Shown piece after piece: positions 22,414-32,023 of a stretch of 32,691 nt of DNA (within the stretch, counting starts at the first letter, position 1; each line of letters starts with the position of its first letter). The notes under the pieces are model-generated. The model worked only from the letters and a program-made list of their open reading frames with translations, did not search any database and had not been told where the DNA came from. Position numbers and translations under genes: made by a program. This stretch comes from a virus, in the IMG/VR virus record IMGVR_UViG_3300045988_068683; one strand, given 5' to 3'.

Positions 22414-23276
22414 CACTCACCATCGTGGACGAACAGGCAATCTCATTCCCATGGGTTGAACTCGTTAAGAACGCATACGCCATGCGCGTGCGCGTCACCA
22501 ACTTCAGCGCGGTCGGCAAACGCAGCTTCACCCGCATCCTCTCCAAAGCGGTCGGCGGCGTCAACTCCTACTTTTTGATGCAGGACGGCGACCCGCTCAG
22601 CACCGACTACCTCCCCTCCACAGACCTACAGTTGGAAAAGGTCGCCGCAGTAGGCTTGGACGGACGCTGCTATGACGAGAACGCCGACGAAATCGACGAA
22701 AACCTCCGATGCCTCACCCTCAGCCACGCGCCAGTCACCGACCAAGCCGTACTGTTGGCGCAGCGCGCAATGGTCATCGAAGGACTCATCTCCAAAAACA
22801 TCGAACACCTCATGCTGCCAGAACCAGTCGTGGTAGGCACCTCCCCCGACGTGGTAATCAAAGCCGACCCGAGCAAGAATCCATCCGACTGGACGAAATT
22901 CGACGCCAACGACGACCACGACACCATCGTCCGGCCGGAAGTCAAACGACTCAGCCAATGGGATAACGGACAGCTCAAAACGCTTCTTCAGAACACGGTG
23001 CTGAGCTTCCAGATGGAAACCGGACTCCCACCGCAGGACGCGCAGATTCTGGACACGCTCGGAGCGACCACCCAATCGTTGGTGTCGAACCGTGAAAGCT
23101 TCGTCAGCCGCATCTCCATCATCAAACAGGATTTGAACGCCGTGTTCGAACCATTGGGCATCACATTGGATTACGAACTCACGTTCCCACAGACCGCGCA
23201 GGACATCGCATCCATCGGCGACGCCTACGGCAAGGGCGCCGACGCCGACGTCCTCAAGAAATATCAGGTGGTATGA
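22410..23276 (+). CDS. Structural/packaging protein directly upstream of terL: candidate small portal, or an atypical small terminase
   Basis: 288 aa, coupled by ATGA to the previous gene and ending 1 nt before terL. I could not recognise a diagnostic motif. Confidence 0.3.
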   Translation: MTLTIVDEQAISFPWVELVKNAYAMRVRVTNFSAVGKRSFTRILSKAVGGVNSYFLMQDGDPLSTDYLPSTDLQLEKVAAVGLDGRCYDENADEIDENLRCLTLSHAPVTDQAVLLAQRAMVIEGLISKNIEHLMLPEPVVVGTSPDVVIKADPSKNPSDWTKFDANDDHDTIVRPEVKRLSQWDNGQLKTLLQNTVLSFQMETGLPPQDAQILDTLGATTQSLVSNRESFVSRISIIKQDLNAVFEPLGITLDYELTFPQTAQDIASIGDAYGKGADADVLKKYQVV

Positions 23277-23277
23277 C

Positions 23278-24726
23278 ATGTTGGTGAAGAATCCAAATTG
23301 GAGGGCGAACGTCCGCCCCACGTCCGACGTGGCAATCATGGCCGCAGAATACGTTAGCTGGGGACGCGGCAACGCAATCCTCCCGTTTCAGGTCGAATTC
23401 CTGAACAACGCCTTCCAACGCAAGAAGGACGGCACTTGGAAATACAAGCGTGTCGCATTGAATATGCCGCGTCAGAACGGCAAGACGAAAATCCTCACCG
23501 CCCCAATCCTCTACTATTTGTTCGTGCTCGGACTGAACGTGCTCGTCACCGCGCACGAGCAGATTGCCGCCAACAAAATCATGGAGGATTTGAAAGACGC
23601 CATCGATTCGAATCCCGAACTGAAGGCCGAAGTCACGCATTTCAGCACCACCATGGGACGCGAGCGCCTACAGTTGAGGAACGGCGCGTTCGTCCGGTTC
23701 CGCTCTCGCAAGAGCGCTTCCGCAGGCATGGGCGGTACGTTCGATTTGGTCATCTTCGACGAGGCTCAGGAACTTCGCTCCGAATACGAGGCGATGATTA
23801 CCAAGACGTTGAAGACGCGCCGCATGGCGATGATAATCTACACGGGCACGCCGTTCCTCCCCTCGTCCATCGGCGACACGTTCAATGTGTTCCTCGACAA
23901 CGCGGAAAACGACGATATGTCGTATGCCGTGCGCTATGGCATCGATGACGAGACGGCGGACATCGAAGACGAGCAGTTGTGGGCGCTCACCAACCCGCTC
24001 TACCCGGACGTGATTCCACGCGAAGCGTTCCTTACCGACGTGGCGATAGCCAAACAGGGCGGCGCGGACGGCCTTATCGACTTCCGCATCCAAGACTTGG
24101 GCCTGTGGTGGGCGGACAGCATTCCTCCGGCAATCCCGATGGACTTGTGGGACAGCGCCTACTCCGACCTCCAACATGACCGCGACACGCTCGTCTACGC
24201 GCTCACCTTCGACCCCGCGACCAGCACGCTCGCCCTGTCCGTCGCCGCCAGCACCGAAGAGGTGACGGTCGGCTCGCAGCATTACGACAAGTGGGCGTAC
24301 ATCATCGGCGAAATCGTGGACGAACGCCCAACCACCGAATCATGGCAGTGGGTCACGGACGAGCTGAAGACGCGCCCGCGCAAGACCACGCTCATCTTGG
24401 ACGCCGGAGGATTGAACAATCCGATAAGGGACATGCTCCCCCGCGGATTGAACGTCATCCAATTGACCGGCACCGAGTTCCTCGCCTCGCAGCAAGGATT
24501 CCTCGACCTGCTGAACGAGGGGCGGTTCAAGCATACGAACAATCCGCAATTGACCGCCGAAGTGCAGAACGCGCAGAAACTCAAGTCCGGTTCGGATGAC
24601 CAGTGGAAGTTCGCGCCGATTCGCAAGACCGAAACCACTGCGGGTTTGAAGGGCGTCAGCATCGCCGCATGGTATCGTGGCGTCAACCGTCCGAAGGAAC
24701 GTAAGGTTCGGGAGGTGATTGCCTGA
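23278..24726 (+). CDS. terL: Terminase large subunit
   Basis: Walker A is MPRQNGKTK and Walker B is FDLVIFDEAQ, followed by a C-terminal nuclease-like half. 482 aa. Confidence 0.85.
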   Translation: MLVKNPNWRANVRPTSDVAIMAAEYVSWGRGNAILPFQVEFLNNAFQRKKDGTWKYKRVALNMPRQNGKTKILTAPILYYLFVLGLNVLVTAHEQIAANKIMEDLKDAIDSNPELKAEVTHFSTTMGRERLQLRNGAFVRFRSRKSASAGMGGTFDLVIFDEAQELRSEYEAMITKTLKTRRMAMIIYTGTPFLPSSIGDTFNVFLDNAENDDMSYAVRYGIDDETADIEDEQLWALTNPLYPDVIPREAFLTDVAIAKQGGADGLIDFRIQDLGLWWADSIPPAIPMDLWDSAYSDLQHDRDTLVYALTFDPATSTLALSVAASTEEVTVGSQHYDKWAYIIGEIVDERPTTESWQWVTDELKTRPRKTTLILDAGGLNNPIRDMLPRGLNVIQLTGTEFLASQQGFLDLLNEGRFKHTNNPQLTAEVQNAQKLKSGSDDQWKFAPIRKTETTAGLKGVSIAAWYRGVNRPKERKVREVIA

Positions 24727-25010
24727 TGGGTAAGGATACGGGACTCTACCACCGCAACCGCTCCATCCTGCGCGAACGCACCAAGCGTACTGGGGCGCCC
24801 TGCTATTATTGCGGCGCGCCGTTCTATTGGGGCCGCAACACGGCGCACCCGTTGTCGTTTACCGCTGACCATGTGATACCGCGCGCCGCTGGCGGCAGCG
24901 ACAGAATGGACAATCTCGTGCCCGCCCACATGCAATGCAACCGCGCCAAGTCTGACCACATAGCAAGTCCGGCGACACGCCGAACGCGCACCGCGACGAG
25001 AAGGTGGTAG
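24726..25010 (+). CDS. HNH endonuclease
   Basis: CYYCGAP...ADHVIPRAAGGSD...NLVPAHMQCNRAK is a classic HNH motif. ATG overlaps the terL stop. Confidence 0.85.
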   Translation: MGKDTGLYHRNRSILRERTKRTGAPCYYCGAPFYWGRNTAHPLSFTADHVIPRAAGGSDRMDNLVPAHMQCNRAKSDHIASPATRRTRTATRRW

Positions 25011-25066
25011 AATAAATACCGTTACGCAGCAATGTGTAGCTCCTCTCTTGTGATTCTGGTTTGCAC

Positions 25067-25098
25067 ACACCCCGTTTGACGAAAGTCAGACGGGGTGT
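25067..25098 (+). promoter_or_regulatory. 14-bp stem hairpin with GAAA tetraloop
   Basis: acaccccgtttgac-GAAA-gtcagacggggtgt with one G-U pair. No U-tract follows. Confidence 0.7.
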
Positions 25099-25343
25099 TA
25101 TGCTATCTCTATGGAGATGGTCGATTAGACAATCAGAGCTTCGTTCACCATGCCAAGACCGACCGTCTCCCCAAAAATGTACCGACTTGAAACGCCCCGC
25201 ACAGTCGTTAAACAATGCAAGGGCATACCCACGGGCGGCCGTGGGGTCGAGGCGCACACAGCCGGAAACAATCGTGGTAGAGGCCGAGTCGGGGCCGCAA
25301 TGCAGAAGGCCGACACAATCCACCTCAACCACGAAAGGCAGTC

Positions 25344-26387
25344 ATGTCTCTAGCGACAATCGAACTGAAGCCCGGCTTCGTTGACCGCAAGCTGATTTCC
25401 AACCAGCCCGCAGCCGGAGCCATCGCCAAGATTTCCAACAGCACCCCAATCGACCTCATCGGCACCCAGATGCAGACCATCGACTTCTCCGGCGAAATGG
25501 GCATCTTCGGCGAAGGCGCCACCGGCGAAACCGAAGCCGAAAAGAAGAAGTCCTCCAACGACGCCACCAACGGTGTCGTGACCATCAACCCCATCACCTT
25601 CTACATCTCATACCGTTTCCCGAAGAAGTTCCTTCAACTGTTCGGCGTTGACGGCGCCTACAATCCGACCGACGCCACCTTCCGCGCCGGTTCCCCGCAG
25701 ACCATGCTTCAGAGCATCCTCGCGCAGCCGTATCAGGCCGGAATCCTCGACCAGTACCGCACGTATGTGAACCGCGCAATCAGCCGCGCCCTCGACTTCG
25801 CCCCCATCTTCGGCGTCAACCCGGCCACCAAGGCCGCGTCCACCGTCGCACGCACCAACGGCTACGTGCTCGACAAGGCCGGAGACATCAGCTACACGCC
25901 GGGCACCGGAGCGGAAGCGGCCACCGCGTTCAAGCAGGCCGTCCGTCAGGTCGCCGCACAGGGCGACGCGTCCGCGCAGGGCGTCACCACCTCCGCTTAT
26001 TTGGCCGCAATCGGTGACGGTCTCACCACCATTGGCACGCCGACCCAGTATGCCGCCGACGTTCCGCTCATTGGCAACATGGTCAACCTCGGTGGCGTCA
26101 CCCTCGCAGCCTCCAATACCGTGTCCGACACCGCAGCGGCCACCGGCTCCGGCCAGCTGACCAAGAAGGTGCTCGATGCGGTCATCGGCGACTTCGCCAA
26201 CCGTTTCGTCTGGGGCGCCATCCCGCTGTCCGGCATCGAAGTGTTCGACTCCGGCAACCCGGACAACTCCGCCGAAGGCGACTTGGGCGCAGTCAACAAG
26301 GTGATGCTCCGCACCGAAGTCGCAATCGGCTGGGGCTTCATCGGCGGAACCAGCAAGTTCTACGCCATCACCCACGCCACCGAGTGA
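25344..26387 (+). CDS. Major capsid protein (HK97 fold)
   Basis: 347 aa. The C-terminal GDLGAVNKVMLRTEVAIGWGF pattern fits HK97-fold capsids. There is a conserved ACGAAAGG leader and a hairpin after the stop. Confidence 0.75.
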   Translation: MSLATIELKPGFVDRKLISNQPAAGAIAKISNSTPIDLIGTQMQTIDFSGEMGIFGEGATGETEAEKKKSSNDATNGVVTINPITFYISYRFPKKFLQLFGVDGAYNPTDATFRAGSPQTMLQSILAQPYQAGILDQYRTYVNRAISRALDFAPIFGVNPATKAASTVARTNGYVLDKAGDISYTPGTGAEAATAFKQAVRQVAAQGDASAQGVTTSAYLAAIGDGLTTIGTPTQYAADVPLIGNMVNLGGVTLAASNTVSDTAAATGSGQLTKKVLDAVIGDFANRFVWGAIPLSGIEVFDSGNPDNSAEGDLGAVNKVMLRTEVAIGWGFIGGTSKFYAITHATE

Positions 26388-26401
26388 CATCACCCACACA
26401 C

Positions 26402-26425
26402 ATGGGCGGCGGCAACGCCGCCCAT
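26402..26425 (+). terminator. Hairpin after the capsid gene (10-bp stem, GCAA loop); attenuator or mRNA stabiliser
   Basis: atgggcggcg-gcaa-cgccgcccat. Confidence 0.6.
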
Positions 26426-26461
26426 CCACTGATTTAAACGTCAACAACGAAAGGAATTGAG

Positions 26462-27058
26462 ATGGGCGCAAAGCAGTCTTCCGCAAACGTGACATTCTCG
26501 AAGCCGGGCACCAGTGCCAACAAGTCCGGCTATATTTGGGTTGCCCCACTGGGCACCGCCATCCCCACCGACGCCACCACCGAACTGGACGGCGCGTTCG
26601 TCGGCCTTGGCTATCTGTCCGAAGATGGTCTGACCGAACCGGCATCGTTCGAGCCGGGCGACGATATTGTGGCCGCTGGCGGCGATACCGTCGCACAGGC
26701 CGACCCAACCTTCTCCAAGACGTGGACGGGCACGTGCATCGAAGCCCTGAACGAAGACCTGCTTAAGGTCGCCTACGGCTCCGCCAACGTGACGGTCGAA
26801 CAGGCATCCTCGACAAAGGATGGCTCTATCACCGTCAAGGAGCAGGCCGGTGACATCGAGCATCACGTCATCGTCATCGACGAAATGCTGAAGGGTGGCC
26901 GCAAGCGTCGTAACGTGATGGCAGACGCCACCTTCCTCATCACCGGCGACATCAGCCACGTGCATACGGCTCTCGTGAACTTCGAGTTCACAATCACCGC
27001 CTATCCGACCGCCGACCAGCCCGCACAGACCCAGTACATCACCATCCCAAAAGCGTAG
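26462..27058 (+). CDS. Major tail protein
   Basis: 198 aa. GYIWVAPLGTAIPTDATTELDGAFVGLGYLSEDG is a typical actinophage tail-tube N-terminus. It lies before the chaperone and tape-measure genes. Confidence 0.75.
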   Translation: MGAKQSSANVTFSKPGTSANKSGYIWVAPLGTAIPTDATTELDGAFVGLGYLSEDGLTEPASFEPGDDIVAAGGDTVAQADPTFSKTWTGTCIEALNEDLLKVAYGSANVTVEQASSTKDGSITVKEQAGDIEHHVIVIDEMLKGGRKRRNVMADATFLITGDISHVHTALVNFEFTITAYPTADQPAQTQYITIPKA

Positions 27059-27304
27059 GCCATCCAACTCAACGCCTTACAGCCGCCGCCGATACGACGG
27101 TGGCTGAAGGAGGTGGGAAAACGACGAACGGTGAGGTTGACCACCCTGCCGAAAGGCGCAATGTTCGTCTGAAATCCACTGTTGAAAACACGAGCGATGG
27201 CGACAACGCTCGAAACGGTTACGCAGGCTCTCCAAACTCGGATGCCACCCACGATTCGGAAGAGCTTGTTGACAATCAGAGTCCAAACGGCAGCTTTGGC
27301 TAAC

Positions 27305-27378
27305 CAGCGGGTTTGTCCCGCTGTGACAGCCGAACAATACCCCACATGCCATTACCGATTGACCGGCATGTGGGGTAT
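27305..27378 (+). terminator. Two tandem hairpins between the major tail and chaperone genes
   Basis: cagcggg-tttgt-cccgctg (27305-27323), and a perfect 14-bp stem ataccccacatgcc / ggcatgtggggtat (27337-27378). Confidence 0.65.
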
Positions 27379-27410
27379 CCTTGTATAGAAAGACAACGAA
27401 AGGAAACCCA

Positions 27411-27695
27411 ATGGCAAAACGCAAACCCACCATCACCATCGAAGACTTCAAGGACGGATGGGCGGACGCCTATGCGAAACTCCTCCGCAACCGCAAATTC
27501 CAGCAGGCCATCCACAGCGACAGCATGGAAGACAGCGTGGAAACCGTATGGCTCATCGACAAGCTCATGCAGGACGTTCTGACCGAATCCAAGTACGAGC
27601 AGCTTATGACCGCGGTTGACGATGACATCATCGACGCATGGGAATACTTGTCGGGAAAATTGCCGACAATTACGGAATCACAGTCGAAAGACTGA
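27411..27695 (+). CDS. Tail assembly chaperone (G-type)
   Basis: ATG 27411 follows the conserved ACGAAAGG leader. 94 aa, immediately upstream of the tape measure. Confidence 0.75.
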   Translation: MAKRKPTITIEDFKDGWADAYAKLLRNRKFQQAIHSDSMEDSVETVWLIDKLMQDVLTESKYEQLMTAVDDDIIDAWEYLSGKLPTITESQSKD

Positions 27696-28000
27696 CTTAT
27701 GCGATAGACCCGGACAAGTGGGACAGCCAAATCTTGGCTGATTTCGCAAGCCAATACGGTAGTCCACGACAATACACCATATTGGAACGGGCGAAACTCA
27801 TAGGCATGTTCGGAGCGACGGCCAGACTGCTCGACATCATCCAACAGTCAACGCTCGCCCCCTACTCCGGCAAGGGGCGGAAGCCGAAAAGCGTATTGCC
27901 GGAAAACCGGAAGAACACCAAGAAGGAGGATGATTACGAACTCGATTCGATGAACACTGAAGACATCGACAAGGCGTTGGGTCTTCACCGAAAGGAATAG
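27411..28000 (+). CDS. Tail assembly chaperone frameshift product (G-T type)
   Basis: 27411..27659 joined at -1 to 27659..28000. This is the canonical arrangement before a tape measure. Confidence 0.7.
27653..27659 (+). promoter_or_regulatory. -1 programmed ribosomal frameshift slippery heptamer G_GGA_AAA
   Basis: The zero frame reads TCG GGA AAA. The -1 frame continues GKIADNYGITVERL... to TAG 27998-28000, matching track ORF 27638..28000. Confidence 0.8.
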
Positions 28001-28003
28001 CAG

Positions 28004-31000
28004 ATGGCAAAGGGCAGCATCGCGACCGCATGGATACAAGTACTCCCATCGTTGGAAGGCTTGCAGTCCGCACTTGTCAAAGCAAGCAAGGGCGCGGTGC
28101 TCACCCCCGCCATCCAGCCCAAACTGGCATCCGGCACAAGCCGACTCTTCGCTTCGAACGGCTTGGGTATGTCCAGACTGTTTTCCGGCTCGTTCAATAA
28201 GAGCCTCAATCTGCAAGGCGGCGTGAAAAACGCGCTTAACGGCGTGTTCGCATCCTTCGGTTCCAGTGGTCGGCGTTCGGCCAACGCTTTCGGCAGCGGG
28301 TTCGCTAACCTCGACCTCGGCAAGTATCTGAACGCCGCAGCAGCCATCGCCGCTGTAGCATCGGTCGGCAAAGCCGTCAAAACCGTCACGTCCAACATTG
28401 TCGAAATGGGCAACCAGTGGGGTCAGACCACCGCCATGCTGAAAAACGCGGTAGGCGCCACCGGAGATTATAAAGACTCGCTCGAAACGTCGCTGGAATA
28501 CGCGAACAAGGTCGGCGTCTCCACGGACGATTTCATCCAGTCCGCGGCACGTCTCCGCACGCTCGCGCCGGAAGTCGTGACCAATTACGGTGACGCGGCG
28601 AAGTTCACCAAACTGCTCGACATGAACATGATTAGCACGGGCGCGTCCACGCAGGAAGCGTCCAGTGCCATGCGGCAGATTACCCAAGCATTGGGCAAGG
28701 GCATTGTCAACGGCGATGAGTTGAATTCCATCATGGAGAACTCGCCGCAAATCGCACGAATGCTCGCCAAGCATCTCAACGCGTCCGTAGGCGACCTGAA
28801 ACAGTTGGGCAAGGAAGGCTCAATCAGCGGCCAAGCCCTCTATGATACTGTGTTGGAGAACGCCGACGCCATCGAAAAGCAGTTCGCCGCCATGCCTGTC
28901 ACGGCAGACCGCGCGTGGAACAGCATCAAGAACACGATTGGCGCAAGGTCTTCGGAAGCCGCTACCGCATTGTCTGCGAATCTCGGCAAGACGTTGACCG
29001 CCATTTCCAATTCGGGCATGGTGGACACGTTCGGCGAAATGCTCGCTGGATTCGTGCCACTGTCGAACGCGGCAGCGACGTTGGCTTCGACGTTCGTAGA
29101 CCAGCTTGCGCCAGCCGTCAACAAGGCGTTCAACGTGCAGCAGGTCGAACAGTTCCTCAGCCCGTTGACGAATCTCATCAGCCTGAACTCGCAGAACGCC
29201 AACCTCCTATCCTCCTTCGGCGACGCGCTGAACACCGTAGGCGTCATCGGCACCACCGTATTCTCCCTCATGGTCGCCACGAACGACCGGTTCGCATCCC
29301 GCATCCCGTTCATCGGAACCGCGCTGGTGGGAGTGAAGAACACGCTCGTCAAACTTGGTTCCGGCTTCACAAGCGCGTTCGGGGTCGCCGTGTCCGCATC
29401 AGCTGCGGCCATCGACAAGCTCGCGTCCATGTCCGACGCGATGGCGAAAATGCTGTCCGAATCGACGAGGGTGCAGAACGCGCTCGGCAAGTTCAACGTC
29501 GCGTTCGAAGACTTGGGGTCGTACGCGTTCAGTTTCGGTGAGAAGGGCGCGGCAGGTTTCGATATCGTCCAGAAGGCCGCGTCGAATCTGCTGAACGGCG
29601 TCGGGTACGTATCCGACAATGTGAAGCTTCTGCAAAGCGGTTTGAACGCGATGGGTTCCGACGCTGAAGCGATTCCCGAAGCGTTTCTCAAAGCGTTCGA
29701 AACCCTCGGCACGGAAATTGATGCCGCCGCGCGGAAGAAGGCCCCATCCCTCATCCAAGCGTTCCGCGACATTCGCGCCGCCGCCGACACCATCGTCGTG
29801 GATTCGGACATCTACCGTTCGTTGGACACAGCCGGACAAAGCGCGGACATCTACCGTGACAAGCTCGTGCAGGTGGGACGCGAGTTCAAGGAGCTTACCG
29901 GCTTCAAGATTCCTGACATGTTCCTTCCATTGGTTGGTTCGGCCGTGTCCGCGTCCGACAGCATCATGCAGACGTTCGGCAATCTGAAGGCCGGATTAGC
30001 CAACTATGCCGCGAACACGGCGCAGCAGTGGGCGCCGGTCAAGGAGATTTTCGCCGAAGCCTTCTCGAACGCCGCCGCATCCGTCAAGACGAAGATGGAA
30101 GCCATGCGAGCTGATGTCGAATCCGGCGTGCTCTCCATGGTCGAAAACGTGAAGGGCAAGGCGTCCGAGTTCAAGGCGGCGTTCGACGAAATGCTGGACG
30201 TGACCGGCATTGGCGACACCATGTCCAAGCTTGGCTCGGCGGTAGGCAATGGGCTTTCATCCGTCAAGGGCGCGCTCAAGTCGTTCGGCTCCGAAGCGGC
30301 ATCCGCGTTGTCGGCTCCGTTCAATGGTCTTGCTGAAAAGGTTTTCGGCTCGTTCAAAGGGCAGAATCCGTTCGCGCCGTTAACTTCAGCAGCGAAGACG
30401 GTCAGCGCCGGACTGTCCGCCACGGTCGGTGGCGCCGTGTCGCGTCTTGCCGGACGGTTCAGCCCGTTGGCGTCCGCTGGAAAAGCGGCCTTCGCCACCA
30501 TCGGCTCCGCCGCGTTGAAGGTGTCTTCCGGCGCGTTGAAGGGCTTTGGCGTGGCCGTGAATGGAGTCGGTGCGGCAATCGGCAAGATTGGCGGCATCGC
30601 ATCCCAGCTGGGCGTGACCGGCGCGATATTCACCGGCCTGACCACCGGATTTCAGACACTGTTCAAACTCGACCCGTCCCAGATGACAGGCAAGTTCGAC
30701 GAATGGCAGAAAAGCCTCGACAATACGCTTACCGGCATCCAGACGAAGCTGCCAGCAATGGCGAGCGCGTTCGCCGCCGCCCTCCCACAGATGGTGGCGA
30801 GCGTCACCGCGGCATTGCCGGGCATCGCCAACGCGCTCATGAGCGTTGGGCAGACGCTCGCACCCGCACTGACGACGATATTGCCGCAAATCACCCAAGC
30901 GTTCTCCGACATGTTCGCCCAGCTGCCCGGCTTCATCGCCACCTACGGCCAGCCGATGCTGGAAGCGTTCGGCACGCTGTTCGCTACGATGGCGGCGCAG

Positions 31001-32023
31001 ATTCCGTCGCTCATGACCTCGCTTGGTCAGGCGTTGGTGGCTGGCGTTCAGGCCGCGTTCAGCGCCATCAGCGACAATAGTGGTGCCATCGCCGGATTCA
31101 TCAGCGGATTCGGCGCATCACTGGCTTCCGGCCTCCAAACGCTGGGAGCCACCGTGGTGGCCGCGCTCCCGTCCATCGGACAGAGCATCGCCTCCGCGCT
31201 GCCGACGCTGATTCCCTCATTGATGTCAGCGATTACCAGTGTGATAACGTCGCTGGCCGCCGCATTGCCGGGCATCGCCGTAGCCATCATCAACCAGCTT
31301 CCGGCAATCATCGGTGGTTTGGCGACCGGCATCGTCAACGGCCTGCCAACGCTGCTGGGCGCCTTCATTAGCGTGGTGACTAGCATCGCCGCGAACTTCC
31401 CGAGCATTTTCATGGCTGTTGTTGGCGCGGTTCCCGCGATTATCGGAAACATCGCCCGACCGTTCGCCGGATTGGGTGGTCGTATCCTCGGCTTTATCAG
31501 AGGCATTCCGGGTCAAATCACGGGCCTGTTCGCCGGCGCTGGCTCGTGGCTGGTCAATTCCGGCGCCGCGTTGATGAACGGTTTCAAACAGGGTATCCTC
31601 AACGCGGTCGAAAGCGTGAAAAGCGCGGTGAAGGGCGCGTTGCAGAAGGTTCGAGACTTCTTCCCGTTCTCCCCTGCTAAGGTCGGCCCGTTCTCCGGCT
31701 CCGGCTATACCAGCGTGTCAGGCGAGCATCTTATGCGCGACTTCGGCAAGGCCATCGGCGCCCAAGGCGCGTTCGTGCGCGGGCAGGTCGACGGCGTGCT
31801 CGGCTCCTTGGATTTCGACCAGATTGACGCCAGCGGTCTTGGCATGGTGTCGGCGCCGCAGCTTAAAGACTATACTGGAATGGTGTCAGCTGGCGACCAG
31901 CGGTATGCTGGCGGCGTCCACATCGACAATGTGGTGGCAAGCCCGTTGAGCGACGTGGAACTCGTGGCCCGCCGATTCGGATACGCGTTGAACAATGAGA
32001 TGATTGGAAGTGTCAGACCTTGA
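28004..32023 (+). CDS. Tape measure protein
   Basis: 1339 aa. It has the TMP core motif (MRQITQALGKGIVNGDELNSIMENSPQIARMLAKHL) and a long Ala/Gly/Ser-rich region with LP-periodic hydrophobic repeats. Confidence 0.9.
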   Translation: MAKGSIATAWIQVLPSLEGLQSALVKASKGAVLTPAIQPKLASGTSRLFASNGLGMSRLFSGSFNKSLNLQGGVKNALNGVFASFGSSGRRSANAFGSGFANLDLGKYLNAAAAIAAVASVGKAVKTVTSNIVEMGNQWGQTTAMLKNAVGATGDYKDSLETSLEYANKVGVSTDDFIQSAARLRTLAPEVVTNYGDAAKFTKLLDMNMISTGASTQEASSAMRQITQALGKGIVNGDELNSIMENSPQIARMLAKHLNASVGDLKQLGKEGSISGQALYDTVLENADAIEKQFAAMPVTADRAWNSIKNTIGARSSEAATALSANLGKTLTAISNSGMVDTFGEMLAGFVPLSNAAATLASTFVDQLAPAVNKAFNVQQVEQFLSPLTNLISLNSQNANLLSSFGDALNTVGVIGTTVFSLMVATNDRFASRIPFIGTALVGVKNTLVKLGSGFTSAFGVAVSASAAAIDKLASMSDAMAKMLSESTRVQNALGKFNVAFEDLGSYAFSFGEKGAAGFDIVQKAASNLLNGVGYVSDNVKLLQSGLNAMGSDAEAIPEAFLKAFETLGTEIDAAARKKAPSLIQAFRDIRAAADTIVVDSDIYRSLDTAGQSADIYRDKLVQVGREFKELTGFKIPDMFLPLVGSAVSASDSIMQTFGNLKAGLANYAANTAQQWAPVKEIFAEAFSNAAASVKTKMEAMRADVESGVLSMVENVKGKASEFKAAFDEMLDVTGIGDTMSKLGSAVGNGLSSVKGALKSFGSEAASALSAPFNGLAEKVFGSFKGQNPFAPLTSAAKTVSAGLSATVGGAVSRLAGRFSPLASAGKAAFATIGSAALKVSSGALKGFGVAVNGVGAAIGKIGGIASQLGVTGAIFTGLTTGFQTLFKLDPSQMTGKFDEWQKSLDNTLTGIQTKLPAMASAFAAALPQMVASVTAALPGIANALMSVGQTLAPALTTILPQITQAFSDMFAQLPGFIATYGQPMLEAFGTLFATMAAQIPSLMTSLGQALVAGVQAAFSAISDNSGAIAGFISGFGASLASGLQTLGATVVAALPSIGQSIASALPTLIPSLMSAITSVITSLAAALPGIAVAIINQLPAIIGGLATGIVNGLPTLLGAFISVVTSIAANFPSIFMAVVGAVPAIIGNIARPFAGLGGRILGFIRGIPGQITGLFAGAGSWLVNSGAALMNGFKQGILNAVESVKSAVKGALQKVRDFFPFSPAKVGPFSGSGYTSVSGEHLMRDFGKAIGAQGAFVRGQVDGVLGSLDFDQIDASGLGMVSAPQLKDYTGMVSAGDQRYAGGVHIDNVVASPLSDVELVARRFGYALNNEMIGSVRP

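Noticed and set aside
27100-27303. 67-aa ORF between the major tail and chaperone genes, and in-frame read-through of the major tail TAG
   Set aside because: It has a GTG start without a convincing RBS, a low-complexity hydrophilic sequence and weaker third-position GC bias than neighbouring genes. Read-through of the tail TAG gives only 38 non-descript residues. I kept it as an open question in a finding, not as a feature.
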